DNA of 61,425 nt, the filler included. It is 14 parts of 14 records of this genome, joined end to end, with 100 filler letters (N's around TTAATTAATTAA, not from the genome) between each part and the next. Parts side by side here need not be neighbours in the genome. Positions count along the whole stretch, not along the records: positions 58,087 to 61,425 come from SRR15195285_8358; 13 more parts are not named here. One strand, given 5' to 3'. Shown one piece after another: positions 58,087-61,425 of this stretch. The position numbers and the translations under genes were made by a program. The notes under the pieces were generated by a model. That model was not told where the DNA came from. It was given only the letters and a program-made list of their open reading frames with translations, and made no database searches. Every line of letters begins with the position of its first letter. The first letter of the stretch is position 1.

Positions 58087-61000
58087 GCTCTGGCTCTGGC
58101 TCTAGCTCTGGCTCTGCCTCCATGTCTAGCATGACCTCATGATCAGATTCAATGCGTTGCTTGCAATTGGGCTCTTGGTTGGGAAGCGGGGGTATGCCTT
58201 CAACCACCGTTGAGCAAGCTTCAACGTCGATGCTAGCTTCGATACTTTGCCCAGTTGCCGCACAATATACCAACGTTGGCTTTGTTTCTGATAAACTTCC
58301 GTCTGAATCGGAAGGTGTAGCATCCGAGTCGGAGCTCAGTGGCTGTGCTGGAACATTCGCCAACGGATCTGGGAGGCCCTTTGCAATCTCCTGCAGTCTC
58401 ATTAGAGCTCGTTCAACTGGTGACCTGTACATCAGCGTACCTGTTGCTGGCACTAGAGTGCCAACGAGCAATCCCAGCATTAAGTTGCCGTAGAAGTCAC
58501 GGTTGTACAGACCTTCTTTATCCAAGACCTCAGAGTTGATTCTCAGAACCAGGCCCACCAACGCTACAACAAAGACCTGTGCATCAGCAAACAACTTGAG
58601 CAGGTTGGCTCCAACAAACGGGTATGGCCCTGCGCATGCACCCACATACAAAGAGAGCACCGGCGTAAAAAGATGCAAGCACAACGACATCGGAAAGGCA
58701 TGACGTGGCAATGCATTAATGGCAAGGTTCCACACTTACACATCAATGCATGAATCAACATAAAAATCAAACTGAACAGAGCTGTCGCAAAGCTCTGGAT
58801 CACTGTGCCCGGAGAGAGTAGACCCACTAAGCTAGACAACATTAGCTTTCTGATTAAGTCAACGCATTCGGCATAATATGCGGATGCTTTGAATTCACCC
58901 TATACACACGCAACCACTTGTGAGTAGGTTGTGAGCTGGAACATTCGGGATGCAGGGAAACTCGATGTGTTCGTTGGAGTTTCTCTGCTTGCTTGTGTTC
59001 ACGGACCGAAATATAGGAGAACTTGCATCGAAAGTCACGATATGCAGCGGCTCGTCCCTTGCCTTCGTGCCGTACTTTCCACATTTCTTTGGACATGTTA
59101 CGCCGCATCCACAGTCCCATGCCCAAAGGAAATCCAACAGATATGACGGTAGCACCCAGGGTCGACATCAACGCAAGAACCCACCAGGAAGTACCACTAC
59201 ATTCGACGTCGTAATCTTTGCGTAGCACCGAATTTATGTCCGACACTGCCCGACAGCTGAAGTGAGCGAAGAACGTCTGCGTCATCGTTGGGTCTGCAAG
59301 AGACAGGTGCAGACGCGGGTATGCGTGGCTCATATGTCAGACGCGCTCGCAACGGCCTGCATGTATCACGGTGCAGGCAGCTTACAACACAAGAAGAATG
59401 CAAAGTAATAGTCAGCTCTCTTGTGGGCTTTCAGTTCATCTTGTTCATCCGGGTCAGTGTTCGCATCATCGGTTCGGGACCACCACGTTGTCACTACCAA
59501 CCCCAGTAGACAAACTGGAAGCGCCAGTGTGTTCAGTGCGTACCTGTGCATTCGACATCGACATGCAAGAGTTTCAGCTTGGAATAGTCTTGGAACTGTG
59601 AACACAATTCAAAGCTGGAGTAGCTACTGCTGAAAGTAATCAATTGTGCACACTGGCACGATCCATCCAAAGTCAAAACCGAAAATGGCGACCAATGGAG
59701 AGTCCCACTGGGGCCCAGGGAAGTCTTGCTGCTGCACATCTGGTTGTTTGGAAAGCACTCTGCACAAATGTGGCCGCAATATCAGCGTAGTGGTCATGAA
59801 GTCCATCGCAAACCAACAAATGATTGGAGAACTATTCGAATATGTGCTCACTGAATAAGACCAACAATGATTCTTGCAAGGATCAACACCATCTGCAAGG
59901 ATACGTTTGCATTGGTTACTATACTCGACAGGCATTTAGCAGCATTGAGACTGGGGGAGTGGCGGACGCACCTTCAATCGAGAGACGTCATGCTCCATCC
60001 AAGTCTCGAATTCGTTCGCATTGATGCTGCCGCTGTGGTCAATGTCCATTGCATCCAGCAAATCGAACGCAACATTGTCCGGGACTGTGAGCCCGTGCTT
60101 GGCCATTCCAACGATCATCTGCTGTTTTGATAGCTCCGTTGGAGGCGCTTGGCCAGACGTCACCACGTCTGGAGACCTGGACAGCGCAGCAAACAATCGT
60201 TTTGCTGCGCCAAGCTTTTCCTGCCGTTTTTCTCGCCTGAATGTGAAGAATTTACGCAATGCAACATACACGGCAGCTAAGAACAGTGGCACCAACAGCC
60301 ATGGACTCCACGCAGTGGTCGAAGTATCGCACGGTTCACATGTCTGGAGAACAGACATCTTGTGCCCGTCCGCACACTTTGCACAAAGCATGCCTGCAAA
60401 GCCACGGGCGCATTTCGTCAACACCAGCTCGCGTGGTGATGAATAGTTTGCAGGGTCAATCGGCTGCGGCTGCAGTATCTGAGCTGGGCACGCAGATGCA
60501 ATTGGACACCGCAGCCCGTCGCGACTTTGCGTAGCCAAGGCTCGAGTCGTTGAAAATCTGTAGCCCCGTTTGAGTGCAATCGTGGCGGTCGAACAGTTCA
60601 AGCACTCTGTAGGGCAGATGTAGCAACCTTCCTCCGAAGGTGGTATCGGGGCTGTTGCAACCCAGTCTTGGTCGAAACACTGTATAGCGGGCAAGTCATT
60701 CACGTTGTACGAACCGATGTTACAAATACATGTCGTTTGCTCGGGTGATGGTATTGTTCCTTGAGGACACTCTGTGCATGCAGTCTGGTCTTGATTTGGA
60801 ATCTGAGTACCACCACAGCTGGTACACTGCGGATCACCAGCAGCACGCATCATGCCTGCAGGGCACACAAACCCAAAGCTTGGTATCTGAGCTGGGACAG
60901 CTGCGCCAGCAGTCGGGCTGTTTAGCAGGGCGCTGTCGGTATTGTTCAGCTGCTCCACTAGTTCTGCAAGGATATTAAACGCGTCCGGTGACTCAATGAC

Positions 61001-61425
61001 TACATACAAGACATTGCTGCCAGCGTCTGATTCCAGATGTCTACGACGAAATTGTTCGCGTTCTACAGTCGAAAGCTGCAACAGCGCGACGTTCACCCCC
61101 AGTGCTGAGGCCATGTCCAACGCACAGTCTTCAATGAATGTTTCGTATGCAGGCGACCCATAAATTGGCGGGACAGATGCAAGTTTCAATGCCGTCCGCA
61201 CAAGCAAGTTCGATGACACATTTGACCCAATCATGTCTTCAACAACGGAGAAATCCGTCAGTGGGTCTGACGCCTGGCTGACATCTTCACACTGGGTCTT
61301 CTGAGGATTCGCAACCCTACCAGGGACACAGGCTATACAGGTACCTGCCAATGCAGCCGAATTGCCACCACACTGCACACACACGGTGCGGTAGGCGTTC
61401 GGCTCCTGACCGGGTGCACACGAGC
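58087..61425 (-). CDS. Cys-rich repeat multi-pass membrane protein of the same broad family, with an EF-hand after TM1 (partial, multi-exon)
   Basis: CxxCxxG repeats, CARGFAGMLCAKCADG, TM WLLVPLFLAAVYVAL, EF loop DIDHSGSINANE, LRKDYDVEC, and further TM exons with the PYPFVGANLLK motif. Confidence 0.7.

Overview
This is not one locus. It is 14 short contigs joined by artificial 100-nt spacers (N-run + TTAATTAATTAA + N-run), so gene neighbourhoods across spacers carry no meaning. The DNA is from a GC-rich microbial eukaryote: it has GT-AG spliceosomal introns of about 70-160 nt, eukaryotic gene families and many (Glu-Pro)n tracts. Recognisable genes include an ATG27/M6PR-like membrane protein, a Pgl/YbhE-type beta-propeller lactonase ending in -SKM, a Jagunal homologue, a cyclin, a dihydroxyacetone kinase, two paralogous four-domain voltage-gated cation channels with fused EF-hands, an F-box-like/kinesin fusion, an F-box protein, an intron-rich beta-helix secreted protein, a filamin-repeat surface protein and two Cys-rich multi-pass membrane proteins. 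The standout is a spliced minus-strand gene (15240-11873) that the ORF track splits in two. It encodes an acidic repeat region, a NAC/CG-1-like putative DNA-binding domain, a basic NLS-like stretch, a phage tailspike-type Peptidase_G2-like autocleavage domain (GDFAEW), one TM helix and a luminal domain. This looks like a self-releasing membrane-bound transcription factor built on MYRF logic from different parts. All domain calls are motif recognition by eye, without database searches.
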